Of a stretch of DNA of 64,000 nucleotides, positions 20,230 through 37,305 are shown piece after piece. The stretch comes from the human T2T-CHM13v2.0 reference genome, Homo sapiens. The translations under genes were made by a program, and so were the position numbers. The DNA lies in the NCBI RefSeq assembly GCF_009914755.1, contig NC_060947.1. The stretch is one strand, 5' to 3'. Position 1 is the first letter of the stretch. Each line of letters begins with the position of its first letter. Under the pieces are notes generated by a model. That model was not told the DNA's origin. It saw only the letters and a program-made list of their open reading frames with translations, and did not search any database.

Positions 20230-20608
20230 GATACCTAACAGACACCTTGAACTTAACAAAACTCTATCTTCCACCCTAAACTTGCTTCCCCACAATTTTC
20301 TCCATTGCAGTAAATGGTAATTCCATCCTAACAGTTGTTTAAGCCTAAAATCTTGAAGTCATTCTTGACTTTTCTTTTTTCACACACCCAATATTCACTC
20401 CACCAGTAAATCCTGTTGTCTCTACCTTCGAAATTTACTCCAAATCTCACCATTCCACACTGTCTCCACTTGAACAACCGTTGTCTGAGTCATCATGCTC
20501 CAACTGCAGAAGCTTCCTAACTGGTCATTCATTCTGCTTTGCTCCTTGGTCCCCTACAGTCAATATTCCATGCAGCCAATGGAGTGACTCTTTTCAAACA
20601 TGATTTGA

Positions 20609-20988
<380 letters not shown>

Positions 20989-21179
20989 CAAATTCTTTAA
21001 CTTCCAAGATACATAAAGAAATCAATCTCTAAATGTTCCTTGGTCCTTCTCTGTAAAAGCATCTTGGACTAGGACTTTTTGGACTCATTCCATTTCTTTA
21101 AAGGTTACAGGTCTAATCAGGATTTAATTTTTTCTTAACACTGGTAACCTTTATCTGGAAAACAGCCCACTCTTAATAT

Positions 21180-21491
21180 AGTAGTCCTTCCTTATCCGTT
21201 TTTGCTTTCTGTCATTTAGTTACTGGTGGTCAACTGTGGTCTGAAAATACTACATACAATAAAATATTTTGAGAGAGAGAGAGAGGCCACATTCACATAA
21301 TTTTTATTACAGTATATTGTTTTAATTGTTCAATTTTATTATTATTGTTCTTAATCTCTTACTTATAAACTTTCTCATAGGTATCTATGTACAGGGAAAA
21401 AACACAGTTTATATATGGTTGCTACTATCTGTGGTTTCAGGCACCCACAGGGTCTGGAATGTATCCCCTGTGAATAAGGGGGACTCCTGTA
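21180..21491 (+). mobile_element. MER44A-like (Tigger7-derived) MITE
   Basis: AGTAGTCCTTCCTTATCCG start and GAATAAGGGGGACTCCTGTA end form inverted termini; internal GGTCAACTGTGGTCTGAAAAT. Confidence 0.75.
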
Positions 21492-22589
21492 TTATTCATT
21501 TGTCCCTCCTCCCTCTCCTGATCCCTCTCACCAACCCTGCCAGAAGTCTGCCTATTTACTAGTCTTTTCAAAAAATCAGTTTTTCACTTTGTCCATCTTT
21601 GCTGTCTGTTTTATAGTACATTAATTGCTGCTTGTACCCTTATTTCCTTTCTTCTATTTTCTTGAATACACTCTGTTGTCCTTTTCACAACTGTGAGTTT
21701 ATTAATTTTTAAATCTTTCTTCTTTTCCAATATATACATGTAAGGATATAAATTTCACTTCAAACCCCACTTTAGCTGTAATCCCATACATTTTTATTTG
21801 GAATGCTTTTGCTGTCATTCAGTTCTAACTCTTTCATAACTTTCCTTATAATTTCTTTTTTGATCCATGACATATTCAGAAGCAGGCTTGCTAAGTTTCC
21901 AAACATATATGACAGGCATCAGCAATTGTTTGTTATTGCTTTCTAATTTTCTTGCATTTTGGCCAAAAAAAAATGTGGCATGCATAAAGTTGATCTTTCA
22001 GTATTTTTTGACATTTCCCTTATATTCTAATCTGTCATCACTTTTTGAAAAAATATCTTGTGAAGCTGAAACAAGTAAGTATTTCCTATTGGTTCAGTGC
22101 GGAATTCTATGTAAGTGTACTTAATCGAATTTGTTTCTTACGGTGCTCCAATTTTCTATGGCCTAATTATTTCTCTGCTTGATCTAACAGTATCTGAGAG
22201 AGGGGGTTTAAAAACTCTCACTAAGATTATGGATTTGTCAACTTCTCCTATAGTTAGGTCAAATTTTGCTTTACATACTTTGAAGCTATGTTGTTAGTAT
22301 TCTGCAGATTTAAAATTGCTATATTTTTCTTAGTGAATTAGCCCTCTGTCATCTAGCAATACCATTCTGTATCCCTAATATAATTTTTAAAAAATTTCAA
22401 AGTCAAAAAAAAAATTTTCAAAGTCTACTCGGTCTGATATTCATACATCAACGTATTTTTGGTTAGTTTTGTCCAGTATATCTTGTCCCACTATATTACT
22501 TTCAACCTCTCAGTATCCTATGTTTTAGGTTTTGTCTCTTACAAATGACACACACCTTTTAAAAAGTTTTAAAAAAATAATTTCTATTA

Positions 22590-22947
<358 letters not shown>

Positions 22948-23145
22948 TCACCACTATACTAATGAGGAAGACTCTTGTGATTACTAATACTGTATAGTTG
23001 GATTTATTTGCATCTTATTTTGTACTTTATATTTACCACACTTTTTTCTTTATTTCCTACCCTCCCCAGCAGCCTTTTCCTCCCTTCACTCAGATGATCA
23101 GATTTTCTTTATTCTGCAATCGTTTTTAAAGTTATATATTCCAGA

Positions 23146-23452
<307 letters not shown>

Positions 23453-23571
23453 TTATATATGCCACATATATTAATGGTAATGCTTAAACACAAACTCTTA
23501 TCTTAAAAGCTAGGATAATACCTTCATCCTCCTTCTTAATGGGATAAGGCCCTCAGAATGCTTTCACTCCT

Positions 23572-23882
<311 letters not shown>

Positions 23883-24603
23883 CACTTTCACTCCAGTCTC
23901 TTCCTATTCTTCTGCCATATTATTATTTTCTAATACTTAATTATATCTTTTTTAACTCTCTCCCAAATTCCTCTTTATTATTGTTACTATTTGTTCCATA
24001 CTCCATGTTTTATTTATTCCATTCTTCTCATTTTAAATTCCGTGGCCATTAAATAACAGTATTTACTGTCCCAGTCTCTTAGTTATTTGCTTTATTATAC
24101 CAAATAATCTGTCGTTACAGTGAACACTGCCTTGACCATTGTTTTTCCTTCTGATCCATATTCTCATCACCATTTCATACTTAATACTTTTATTAAGGAG
24201 CCTTCAAACAGCTGTTAGTGAAAAAAATGTACAAAGTTCATATTTCTTACCTGAGCCAAAACAATCTAAGAATTTCTTTTAAAGGCAACAAATGTTTAAA
24301 GATACTTCCTAGAGTATATATATTTACAAAATCAAACCTGCAAAAGGACCTTTTTGTAACCATAGCTCTTTCATTCTTTGCATTAAAGATTCAAATAATA
24401 TTTAGCAGCAAGTATATTTGGCAAATGACTAATGGGAAAAGTTCTTCTCTTTCACAGATACAGGAAAAGGAATTAAGATGTTAGCTTAACTAATAATTTA
24501 ATTTAATAATTAATAATTAATATTAAATAATTTAATTAATTTAATAATTTCAGCCCTTACTGAAATTATGTGAACCAACTATTACCTCTAACAGAAGAAT
24601 GAT

Positions 24604-25568
24604 TGTAGGGAAAAGAAAGAGAGATCAGACTGTTACCTGTGTCTATGTAGAAAAGGAAGACATAAGAAACTCCATTTTGATCTGTACCCTGAACAACTGT
24701 TTTGCCTTGAGATGTAACTTTAGCCCCAACCTTGAGCTCACAAAAACATGTGTTGTATGCAATCAAGGTTTAAGGGATCTAGGGCTATGCAGGATGTGCC
24801 TTGTTAACAAAATGTTTACAGGCAGTATGCTTGGTAAAAGTCATCGCCATTCTCCATTCTCGATAAACCAGGGGCACAATGCACTGCGGAAAGCCGCAGG
24901 GACCTCTGCCCAGGAAAGCCGGGTATTGTCCAAGGTTTCTCCCCACTGAGATAGCCTGAGATATGGCCTCATGGGACGGGAAAGACCTGACAGTCCTCCA
25001 GCCCAACACCCGTGAAGGGTCTGTGCTGAGGAAGATTAGTAAAAGAGGAAGGCCTCTGTCTCCTGCCTGCCCCTGGGAACTGAATGTCTCTGTATAAAAC
25101 CCGATTGTACATTTGTTCTATTCTGAGATAGGAGAAAAACCACCCTGTGGCAGGAGGCGAGATATGCTGGCAGCAATGCTGCTCTGTTACTCTTTACTCC
25201 ACTGAGATGTTTGGGTGGAGAAAAGCATAAATCTAGCCTACGTGCACATTCAAGCATAGTACCTTCCCTTGAACTTATTTGTGACACAGATTTCTTTGCT
25301 CACATGTTTTCTTGCTGACCTTTTCCCCACTATCACCCTGTTCTCCTGCCGCATTCCCCTTGCTGAGATAGTGAAAATAGTAATCAATAAATACTGAGGG
25401 AACTCAGAGACCGGTGCCGGTGCAGGTCCTCTGTATGCTGAGCGCCGGTCTCCTGGGCCCACTGTTCTTTCTCTATACTTTGTCTTTGAGTCTTATTTCT
25501 TTTTCTCAGTCTCTCGTCCCACTCGACGAGAAATACCCACAGGTGTGGAGGGGCAGGCCGCCCCTTCA
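24604..25568 (+). mobile_element. HERV-K (HML-2) solo LTR, LTR5B-like
   Basis: Starts TGTAGGGAAAAGAAAGAGAGATCAGACTGTTAC, ends CCCCTTCA; 965 bp; TATAAAA near 25093, AATAAA at 25386; 6-bp TSD AATGAT/AATGGT. Confidence 0.93.
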
Positions 25569-26939
25569 AATGGTGATTAGCTTGGCATATTTAACACAAA
25601 ATGATTTCTAACAAATGAAACCAATGTAAATTGATCTCAATTTAAAAAGCAAATCAGAAACAGAGTTTAGAACTTGTTACCAGCTGACACTAAAAAAAAT
25701 GCCTCCTAAACATCTGCACAAAGCTACAGCAGGTGGGGAGATACAACATACACTTTAGAAACCGTTCGTGCAGCTCATTCTTTTTTTTTTAATTGTGGTA
25801 AAATATACATAACATAAAAGTGCTCATTCGTTTTTCTAGAGTAGTTAGGGGACCTGCCTAAGATTACTCAGAGAAGGTGATGAGGCCTTGAATGGGTTAG
25901 GGCTCTACAACTGTGAACACTAGTTGTGGGGGTGAATGGGTGCAATCCTGCACTTGTGGGCGCATGGCATTTCCCGGCAGAACTGTGCTGGGAGTATCCT
26001 GGTTAGCCAGAAGAGCTTGATGACACAGGAAGGGAAAAAGAGGGCAAACATGAGGGCTACTCACCAACTACCCCCAAAATAAATACAACTAAAGGCTCAC
26101 ACAACTTTTTTTTAATCATTAAAATGTTGGGGAGGAAAGTCCAATCTCACAGATTTGCTTTAATGAGAAGACAATTCTTTTGCTTCTGAGGGAAGGCAAG
26201 CCTGGATAGCTGGGTTATTAGGATGACTCAGGTCCTGCTGGAAGTCTTCTACCAACAAAGACTTAAGGGTACCTTTCATGCCTTTGGCCACTGCTTGATG
26301 CAAAGGAAGGAAACTGATGAGGTATCTGTACTTAGGATCTCTTGGCATCAATGGGGAGACATATTTATGCTCAAGGAATGCGGAGCTGTAGCAGGACCTT
26401 CAGGAAAGGGCGCACCATGAGCCAGAGTACTCCTGCAAGGACCACGAGGCCTGGGCACAAACGTGTGGCCTCTATCAAAATCATAACACCACCAAGAGCA
26501 CCCATTATTTACTGTTGCCCAGTAGGTGCCAGACAAGATAGTAGGCACTAATTTTTTCCTTAGAAACACTCAGTGGAAGCAAGTGTTATTATCCTCACTT
26601 TACAGATGAGGGCATGGACTCAGAAGGGATCAAGAAAGGTCACACATGTCATTCAAGGCAGAGCAGGGGATTCAAACCCAGGTCTGACAAAAGAACCAAG
26701 CTTCATCAGCTCTCCTTAAAGCCCTCTCCATCACAGTCATGAAGGGAAAGGTTTTTCAACTTGGATTTTAAAACACTTTATAGATGTAATTAGAATATAT
26801 TCCAAGGAAGAAGGGGAAAAATAACCTTGATTTGCCTGCCTACTTCTTCTGCTCTCAACTTGAACATCATCTCTTCCAGGACTCCTCTACTGCTCCCACA
26901 AACTGGGCGAGGGGTCCTTCCTCAAAGCTCTCAAAATAA

Positions 26940-27600
<661 letters not shown>

Positions 27601-28487
27601 CCTTATGCATAAATGTTACTGCACTACGATCATTTATTCTTGTAACCCCAGCACTTTGTAGAGTGCTTTGCATATAACAGATACACCACAAATATTTCCT
27701 AAGTGAGGAAACAAGGCTAAGAAATTAGTTAAGAAGGGAAAATGGTCAGTGCCTTGGAAATGACCATGGCTCCCAACTTGCAGGTCAGGCCTCTAACCCC
27801 TGAATGCCACTTCCTTCGTTGACTTTGAAGGCCCTATAAATAGTTGCTGTTGATTGAGGGCAAGAAACATAGCTGCTGTCTTCACTAGGAATAAAAATAG
27901 TTCAGTGGTCTTACACTGATGGACCCACACATAATTTTAGCCCAGGAATACAAAGCATAGCAGGCAAATTCATACCTCGGACCACATGGGCAGTGTCATA
28001 GGACCCTGTGAGCTTGGGAGCCTTTGGGTCTGACCTGCTACATGCAGTGACCTTTCTAGCCTCACAATTTTCTTATCTGTAAAATAGCAACCAAAGTAGC
28101 CCCTAAGGGCTTCCCAGGTGGGTCTCTACCAAGACAGCTCATGGGAGGGACGGTAGCTGTCGCCCCACACTGCAGAGTCCTGCGTAAACTTCAGGAGCTT
28201 CTTCACTCCTGTCTACTGTTCTCATTCAGTGTAGTCTGTCCAAACCCCCCACACCTCTTCTCGTCCAAAAAAAGCAGAGTCAATGCAAAAAGAGGCAGTT
28301 TGGACCCGGGCACGGAGGCGGCTCATTCTCATCCTGAACAATGGCCAAAGAATTCTGTGAAAAGTAGCCGTAGCAACAGTTAGGTCCCCTGAATCTTAAG
28401 GAGCACGGGGTGGCAATGGGGTGGTAATCACTGGCTAGCAAGGACTAGATTCAAATAGCAAACTCTTAATTGCAAGGTCTCAGGTCA

Positions 28488-29830
<1,343 letters not shown>

Positions 29831-30134
29831 ATCTCCCACGGGTCTACAGCTTGAAACTTGGCATTCATTATAATGTTTCGTGGCTGCTGATAACCTACAG
29901 TTCACAATCTTCGGCCTGGTATTCATTGTCCACCAAAATCTGGCCCACATAGGAATTTACTGGACAGCTAGACTAATGCAATCAATTTCCGCAAGCTCTT
30001 TTCCAGTCTCCATGCATTTACTCTATGCTTGACCCCTTCGGCCCTTCTTCCTCCTCCTTGACTAACTGAAGCCTATCTTTCCCTTAACGGCCAGCTCAGC
30101 TCCTCTATTAGCCTTCCCCATTTTCTGAATTTCT

Positions 30135-30390
30135 GTAGCCATTGGTTTAGTAAGAGCTTAGGACTTAGAGTCAGTTCATTTTGAGTTCAAATGTCAGTTC
30201 TGTCATTTACAAGTCGTATGACCTTTGGCATCCCGTTTTACATGTTTGAACTTAAGTGTTCTCATCTGTAAAATGGAGATAATCATAGCACCTACCTCAC
30301 AGGATGACTTAAGATCAAGAGGATGAATATAAAGCATTTAGCACAAGCCTGGCTAGTAGAAAAATACTTAATAAATCATAGCTAATTTCG
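30135..30390 (+). mobile_element. MIR SINE
   Basis: GAGTTCAAAT...CTCATCTGTAAAATGGAGATAAT...AAAGCATTTAGCACA. Confidence 0.75.
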
Positions 30391-32000
30391 TTGTCACTTG
30401 GCCACAATGTATTGCCTCCTGTTGTTATTTATGTTTTCATGTGTGGATGAGGCATATTTTCCTAATTGGAATGTACGTTATTCATTGAAACAGTCTTTTG
30501 GTATCTCCTACTATGCCTGGTACAGTGTTGAGCATATAGTTGGAGCTCAATTAATGTTGCTCGCATGAGTAAATGAAATCAGTCCTGCTTAGCTGCGTTC
30601 CCTTATGTTTGGTCCTTAACCAAGTTTATATTAGATATTCCAGAACATAAATCTATGGCTTTACTCTGTCACTCAACTAAAGCACCAAACCCCACATCAG
30701 CTCACATATTACTTCATATAATACTTTGTTTTCTTAATATTGGCTTTTGAATTATGCAGTGATCCATGTGATGTGCCTCCATGAAGAATTTGCTGTGGTC
30801 TAGGGGTGAATAAAACTAGACATTGTTATCACCACTAAATGTTTTGGAATCTGAATATGTACTCTTGCTAGAATTTTCATGTATTCATCTCCATCTAAAA
30901 GCTGGGATCATTGCTTCTTTTCATTGTGGCTTTTGTTTCCATTGGGTCCTTCCTTAGGAGTTGATTTTGCAGCCATATGGGAAATAACTGATGATCTTTG
31001 CTCCTTATCTGGCATTTCCACCTAGTATAGAAACATTTTCAGTTTCCTGACTTCATTCTTCGCTAATTCTGCTGTGCACATTTGCACCCCTTTTGGTGTA
31101 TAGGCAATCTACATTCTTCGGCTTTGGTCTATGCGATTGCATAGCAATATATAAGCTATGTTCTTCAATAAGCTCAAAATTCTGGGATAAAACCAAGAAG
31201 GAAGGCTACTCCGTTTTAGCTTTTAAATTTTTAAAGCAAATTTTAGTGATTCATTTTGGACCAGAAAGCTGTACTATATAATAAATCAGTCTCACATTTT
31301 AGTATCCTCATATCCCTGAGGTGCAAAACCTCCATATCTTGGTCCCCATATCCATGAAGCCATTCTCTGGTTATCACCAATAGAAACTTGTCTCCAAGTC
31401 ATTTCTCAAATATTTGTCAAGAATCAGATATAGTATAATGATAGGGAATGTTATTGTTTCTGAAGCTGATTCATGATCTCCATAAAAATGAAGACCCAGA
31501 ACTGGACCCTGGGGTAGCACCATGTATGATTTTTCTGACCCCAGCCAGAGGATCTGCCATCATCCTGCCACAGAGACTTCAGCCCAGGTAGTTTCCAGAG
31601 AGCCCCATGTTAACATCCAAGGTGGAAACCAATAAATGTTTCTCTTGTAGGGTTCAGGTCTTTGGCTCTAAAGAAAATCACTCCATCTTTGACCCAGAAG
31701 GTCAATTCTGAATGAATTTGCTGAAAATGACCAATTCACCAAATTTAGTTATTTCTATGATAATTTAGTTGACTGGAAATCATTTTTTCGTTACATTTTA
31801 AAGAATGTTGAATTTGTCTCTGCTCCAGCTTCCTGTAGCTCGTTTGAGGCTAAGAGATAAAGAGAGGAAACACCAGGGAACATAAGATTTCTTCACAGTG
31901 AGGAATATATTTATTAAATATATTTAAAAGAATATATTCTAAAAGAACATATATTCCATTTTTGCCTGCTCTGACTTCTTGATGCTGTACCTGGAGACTA

Positions 32001-32357
<357 letters not shown>

Positions 32358-32622
32358 TCAAATTGAAGATTATGTTCTTATGTCTACCCAGTCTTTCCTT
32401 TTTCCTTTCCTTCGGACTCCAACTAGAACAGCAAGGAGCAGAGACAAAGACAAACTAGTCCTTAAAATGCTGTTATGGAGACAAAATGACACCAAACAAG
32501 TCCACTCTGTGAATTGGTTATGCTGTAAATTAATCTTTGTCTAAATGGCCTTTGACAAACCGACTGACTCCTAGCTGACCTCCTTAGACATACCCAGTAT
32601 CCCAAGTGAAGCTGTTTCATCG

Positions 32623-32751
32623 TTTTTTGTTTGTTTGTTTTAAAGACAGGAGGTCTTTCTGTGTTGCCCAGGATGGACTCCAATTTCCTGGCTCAAGCGA
32701 TCCTCCTGCCTCCGCCTCCCAAGTAGCTGGGACTACAGGTGCTTGCCTGGC
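32623..32751 (-). mobile_element. Alu monomer fragment (J/FLAM-like)
   Basis: GGCTCAAGCGATCCTCCTGCCTC...GCTGGGACTACAGG. Confidence 0.8.
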
Positions 32752-33635
32752 TTGCTTCACCATTTTCAGTAAGAACGATCATGATGCTGCTCACTGAAGT
32801 CAGCAGACTTCCTTTGTGGGGTTAATGACTGCAGTGTGTTTTGAGGAAAAACAAAACAAAACAAAAAAAAACTACTCCAATATTTTGAGGAAATACTTCT
32901 TTAAATACTGGCCTCTGCCCTGACACTCCTTGCCTCCTAATATTGGCACCACCTCTGTTTCCTTACAATAGAGTCTCAGAACATGGGATCAATCTTAGAC
33001 CCAAAGGAGGATGCTTCTCAGAAACACTCTCTGTCCTGCCGTACGTCTGTCTAAAGTAAGAAAAATAGATGAGAGAATTCTGCTTAAGGACCACAGCACA
33101 GACACAGTAGGAAAAATAAGGGGGTGGGACCTAAAGGATACTGGACATTGTGCATCCTTTTATGTATATTTTGGTTATATAATCTGTTTTGGGGGATTGA
33201 TTTCTGAGGTCTCACCCCTCTCCCAATCTAGAGGATCTCACATCTTCCTTTGAATTTAGTACTCGGCATCTTTGTGGGAGCTGAGGACCTTGAAGAAGAG
33301 ATTGCTCAGAGACCTCTTACCAGGGTGAGGCCAGCTTCCCGTATTTGGGGATCCCACATGCTAACCAGCAATGCAGAAATCCCAAATCCTGTTCTCACTT
33401 TTCAGTAGTCCTACCTGTTTGACACTGAGGAAGCAGATACTTGGATGAGATCTGAATTGGGTCTTGTACATTGCCTACAGGCCAAAGGCAATGTGTTGAA
33501 GAGATAATCTTGAAAGAGTAATGGGAAAGGAGACCTCAGAAACTGATCTCATGAGGCAGAACAACCCTTGCTCTAATTTCATAGTCACAGGGTACCTGCT
33601 GATTTCCAAAAGATGTTACTGTTATGTTTGTCTTC

Positions 33636-33921
33636 TTAAGAGATGGTGTCTCGCTCTGTCGCCTAAGCTGGAGTGCAATGGCACAATCGTGGTTCACTGC
33701 AGCCCCAAACTTCCAGGCTCAAGCAGTCCTCCATCCTCAGCCTCCTGAGTAGCTAGGAGTACAGGCACACAACACTATGACTAACTAATTTTTAATTTTT
33801 TGTAGAGACAGGGGTCTCCCTGTGCTGCCCGGGCTGGTCTCCAACTCCTGCACTCAAGCAATCCACCTGCGTCAGCCTCCCAAAGTGCTGGGATTACAGG
33901 TGTGAGCCACCATGCCCAGCC
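33636..33921 (-). mobile_element. Alu (J-type)
   Basis: Diverged reverse dimer. Confidence 0.9.
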
Positions 33922-34040
33922 AATTGTGTTTGTCTTAATCAGCATGTCCTACACCACTTCCATGCCAGGCCACCAGGGAAAGAGACTGCAGATGTTTTTT
34001 CTTTGTGAAAATTACCAAACTTAAAGATCTTAACTGCAAA

Positions 34041-34046
34041 TTTATT
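34041..34046 (-). terminator. ADGRG2: ADGRG2 polyadenylation signal AATAAA (cleavage expected near 34020-34030)
   Basis: TTTATT on plus strand at the end of the AT-rich UTR, just before flanking Alu sequence. Confidence 0.75.
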
Positions 34047-34759
34047 TCATTGATTTTAACATTTTTGATTTTAACATATAAATACAAGAAAATTAAATAA
34101 ATCAGAAAAGAAATATTGCAAAGACAAGTCAGCACTCACAGAAATGTGTATTATTACTATGGTTAGTCTGAGATCCAACATTCACTTGAAATATATGCAA
34201 GAGAACCTTAGTGAAAGACTTAACTAAAAGGGGTTTGAAATGTTCCTAATAAGGATGTACTTGAGGCACTGCTCAAGCAGATGTAGGTAGGAAGCAAGAT
34301 AGACCCTGTATATAACTAGGAGCAATCAAGGCTCGATACATGTAGCAACAATAGCAGTGTAGGACAGTTCCCTGTTCCCAATAGCTACTCCCCTTGTCAC
34401 TGTGCATTCTTCAAGACACATTTAAAAAACAATTATAGCTCTGGCTGGGCCAGAGTGTACCAGTCATAACAATCAACAATGTACCATGCAGTTGCCTTTT
34501 AAAGAACGGCAATATGATTTTTTTCCATATATATGTACCTTTTTAAGAGAAGGAATCCTAGTCTACTCTCCTGTTCCTAAAGGCTCTGGGGATTTGAGAA
34601 GCGGCAGTGTATGTACCTCATCTACGTTCACAATTTTCCTGACACATGGTCTGGATGACAGTTCATCCCTCTCTGTGGCCAAGGTATAAAGCTAAACATC
34701 TTGGTGCAGATTCTATAATCTGACTACTGGGGATGCGGTCAGGGGATGGGTATTCATAT

Positions 34760-34930
34760 TGGATGCTGTGTTTGGCTGTACAGGTCGTGCACCCAAGAGG
34801 GTGAGTGGGGCTAAAATATGGTCTCTCCACTCTGTTTGTCAAACCATGAGCCCATAGGGCTGTGTCTGCCCAGTGGGGGCATCTTTTCCTAACTTGCTCA
34901 AAGGCACTGTATGAGCTAACTGTGGCACTG
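34760..34930 (-). mobile_element. MER91A-like hAT MITE inside the ADGRG2 3'UTR
   Basis: GTGAGTGGGGCTAAAAT...AGGGCTGTGTCTGCCCAGTGGGGGCATCTTTTCCTAACTTGCTCAAAGGCACTGTATGAGCTA resembles reverse MER91A consensus. Confidence 0.6.
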
Positions 34931-35577
34931 TCTGCTTACATTTTCTCAGTCTGGCTGGGATCATTATTTCTTGATTTCACTGAGGTTTCTGTATTTCACA
35001 TCCTATATCATCTCCAAAAGGAGCTTTAGGATTTGCGGAACGAGCAAGGATTTTCTGAATTATCACGTGAGACAAAACAACCATGATTCTACAAAGGAAT
35101 ACATTTACACAGTAGAAAATAAATACAAAAAAATGTAGAAGTAAGATTTTTGACACATGGGTCACTAGAATTTAGCTTATATACAACAAAGGCATGCACA
35201 ACTAAACTCACCAACAGGCTGAAGTCAACAGTTGCTTTATATGATGTTATCAAAGATAACTTAGCCTCTTTAAAAGGTAGCTGAAAGTTCACTACCTTTT
35301 TTTGTTTTCTTTATAGGAGTCATTCTTAGTGTATTGTTTAAAACCAACCTTCTTATAAAATGAAAGATAAGAAACCAAATCAGAAATGTCTAAAAACCAT
35401 GGTGTAATGTCTTGGTTTCTTCTTGTAATAATAATCATCGCCCTTAATTAGCTTATGCTTCTCCAGATGTTGCCGAGAATAAAATGAGTTGATTTTCATA
35501 CATCTCACATTGTGTAAAAGGTAAAATTGGACATTTCACACTGTCAAGCATCATGCTTTGATTTTAGAAGAAAGGAA

Positions 35578-35762
35578 TCACATTTGCTCAATAAAGTGTA
35601 AGCTTCCCCGCTTTGAAGTCCTTCTGAGAGCCATACGGCCTTTCCCATTGCAGGAATCTTCCTTCTCGTTAAACATGTGCTGTTTTCCAGTGAAATCGTG
35701 AAGGCACACATCTCCATTCTGAACACTAAAAGAGACCCCATTCCTCTCTGTAGAAGCATTTC
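35578..35762 (-). CDS. ADGRG2: ADGRG2 last coding exon, C-tail GNASTERNGVSFSVQ...RGSLHFIEQM*
   Basis: Acceptor TATACAG|GA, phase matches previous exon, TGA stop. Confidence 0.96.
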
Positions 35763-36569
35763 CTGTATAAGGAAACACAAAGCGGGTGGCATGAAGTATC
35801 CACAGAAAGCATTAAAAAGCAAACAAACTTAGACATTGCTTTATTCTTAAAGATGTATTTGTAAAATATGTTTTTAAAAACATTTGTGATATATGTTCAT
35901 ATTTTATTTATTTTTCATTACTTCCCTAAGGCCACTCAAAGTAAGCATACCAAAGTGGAGATTGCTTCAGAAACCAGTTCTCTATGGCAGTTTTTTTTTT
36001 GTTTGGTTTTTAATGAAACAGTCAAAATCTGAAGCAAGGTAATATATTAATAAAAGGCCCACTTCCTAACTCTGGTTGGATATGTTTTGACTTCAAGTAG
36101 CAGCATATGTATAATATAAGCTAAGGTAATACTTTGGTCTCCCAAAAGGTTAATGTTAACAGAGATCCCCATATGTACCCTTAGGAAGTTCTTGGTTCCC
36201 TAGGTTCCTATAAAATGAAACTTTGTACCAGAGAAACCAGAGCAACCAGCTACAACAGTCATGGCAAGAAGAAATCATCTCTCTTGTAGATTAAACCAGC
36301 TCCTCTGACTAAATCAGGACAGGACAAATTCCCAAGAGGAAACTACCAATTCCAACTTCAGAGTCCAGGCCAGGGAGCAGCTGGGCACTCAAGGGTAACT
36401 GTTGGTTTGGACGTGGGCCTTCCCCACCCCAAGCAGGCCCTGAGTTATAGGGGAGCACAGGTGCTGGCCTCCTCTAGTTACTTGGCACCATCCTTCTGAT
36501 CATTAGACCATTGGGAGACTATACACAAAGCTGAATAATAAGCCCATTTGATAGTTCATGACATGATTA

Positions 36570-36740
36570 TGATAACAATGATCATAACAGTACTGGGACA
36601 CTTTATTATCTCATTTAGAGCCCTGCAGGGTGGGTACTACTGTTATCCCCATTTTGCAGATGAGGAAACGAAGGTTTCAGAAATTAAGTGCTCTCCCCAA
36701 GGTCACACAGCTCAGAAGTAATGGAGTTGACGTGTGATGT
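36570..36740 (-). mobile_element. MIR SINE
   Basis: TTATCCCCATTTTGCAGATGAGGAAAC...CCCAAGGTCACACAGCT. Confidence 0.75.
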
Positions 36741-37005
36741 TGCTTCCAAACTGTGATCCTTGTGGTCCTGGGTACCAAATGAGATGGCTGCTGGTACCCC
36801 ACCCTCTAAGGCAGCTCAGAACTGAACTGTGTAATATTCATGCAAACTAGGTGATGAATATGGTTAACGTAGCTCCATCTGTGACACAGATCAAATAGGG
36901 CATGTGACTGTCTGAGGCAGCTGTTTGGATTTAGGCATTTCGGCTTGAGGACATTTTGGTGCAAGAACAATTTGGTCTGGCATAATAAATCATTAAACTT
37001 CTAGC

Positions 37006-37305
<300 letters not shown>

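Larger units (their letters stand above)
34021..35577 (-). other. ADGRG2: ADGRG2 3'UTR (~1.55 kb)
   Basis: Between the TGA stop (35578-35580) and the AATAAA signal. Confidence 0.75.

Noticed and set aside
24566-25611. ORFs within the HERV-K element
   Set aside because: Solo LTR only; no gag/pol/env sequence and no primer-binding site follows the LTR
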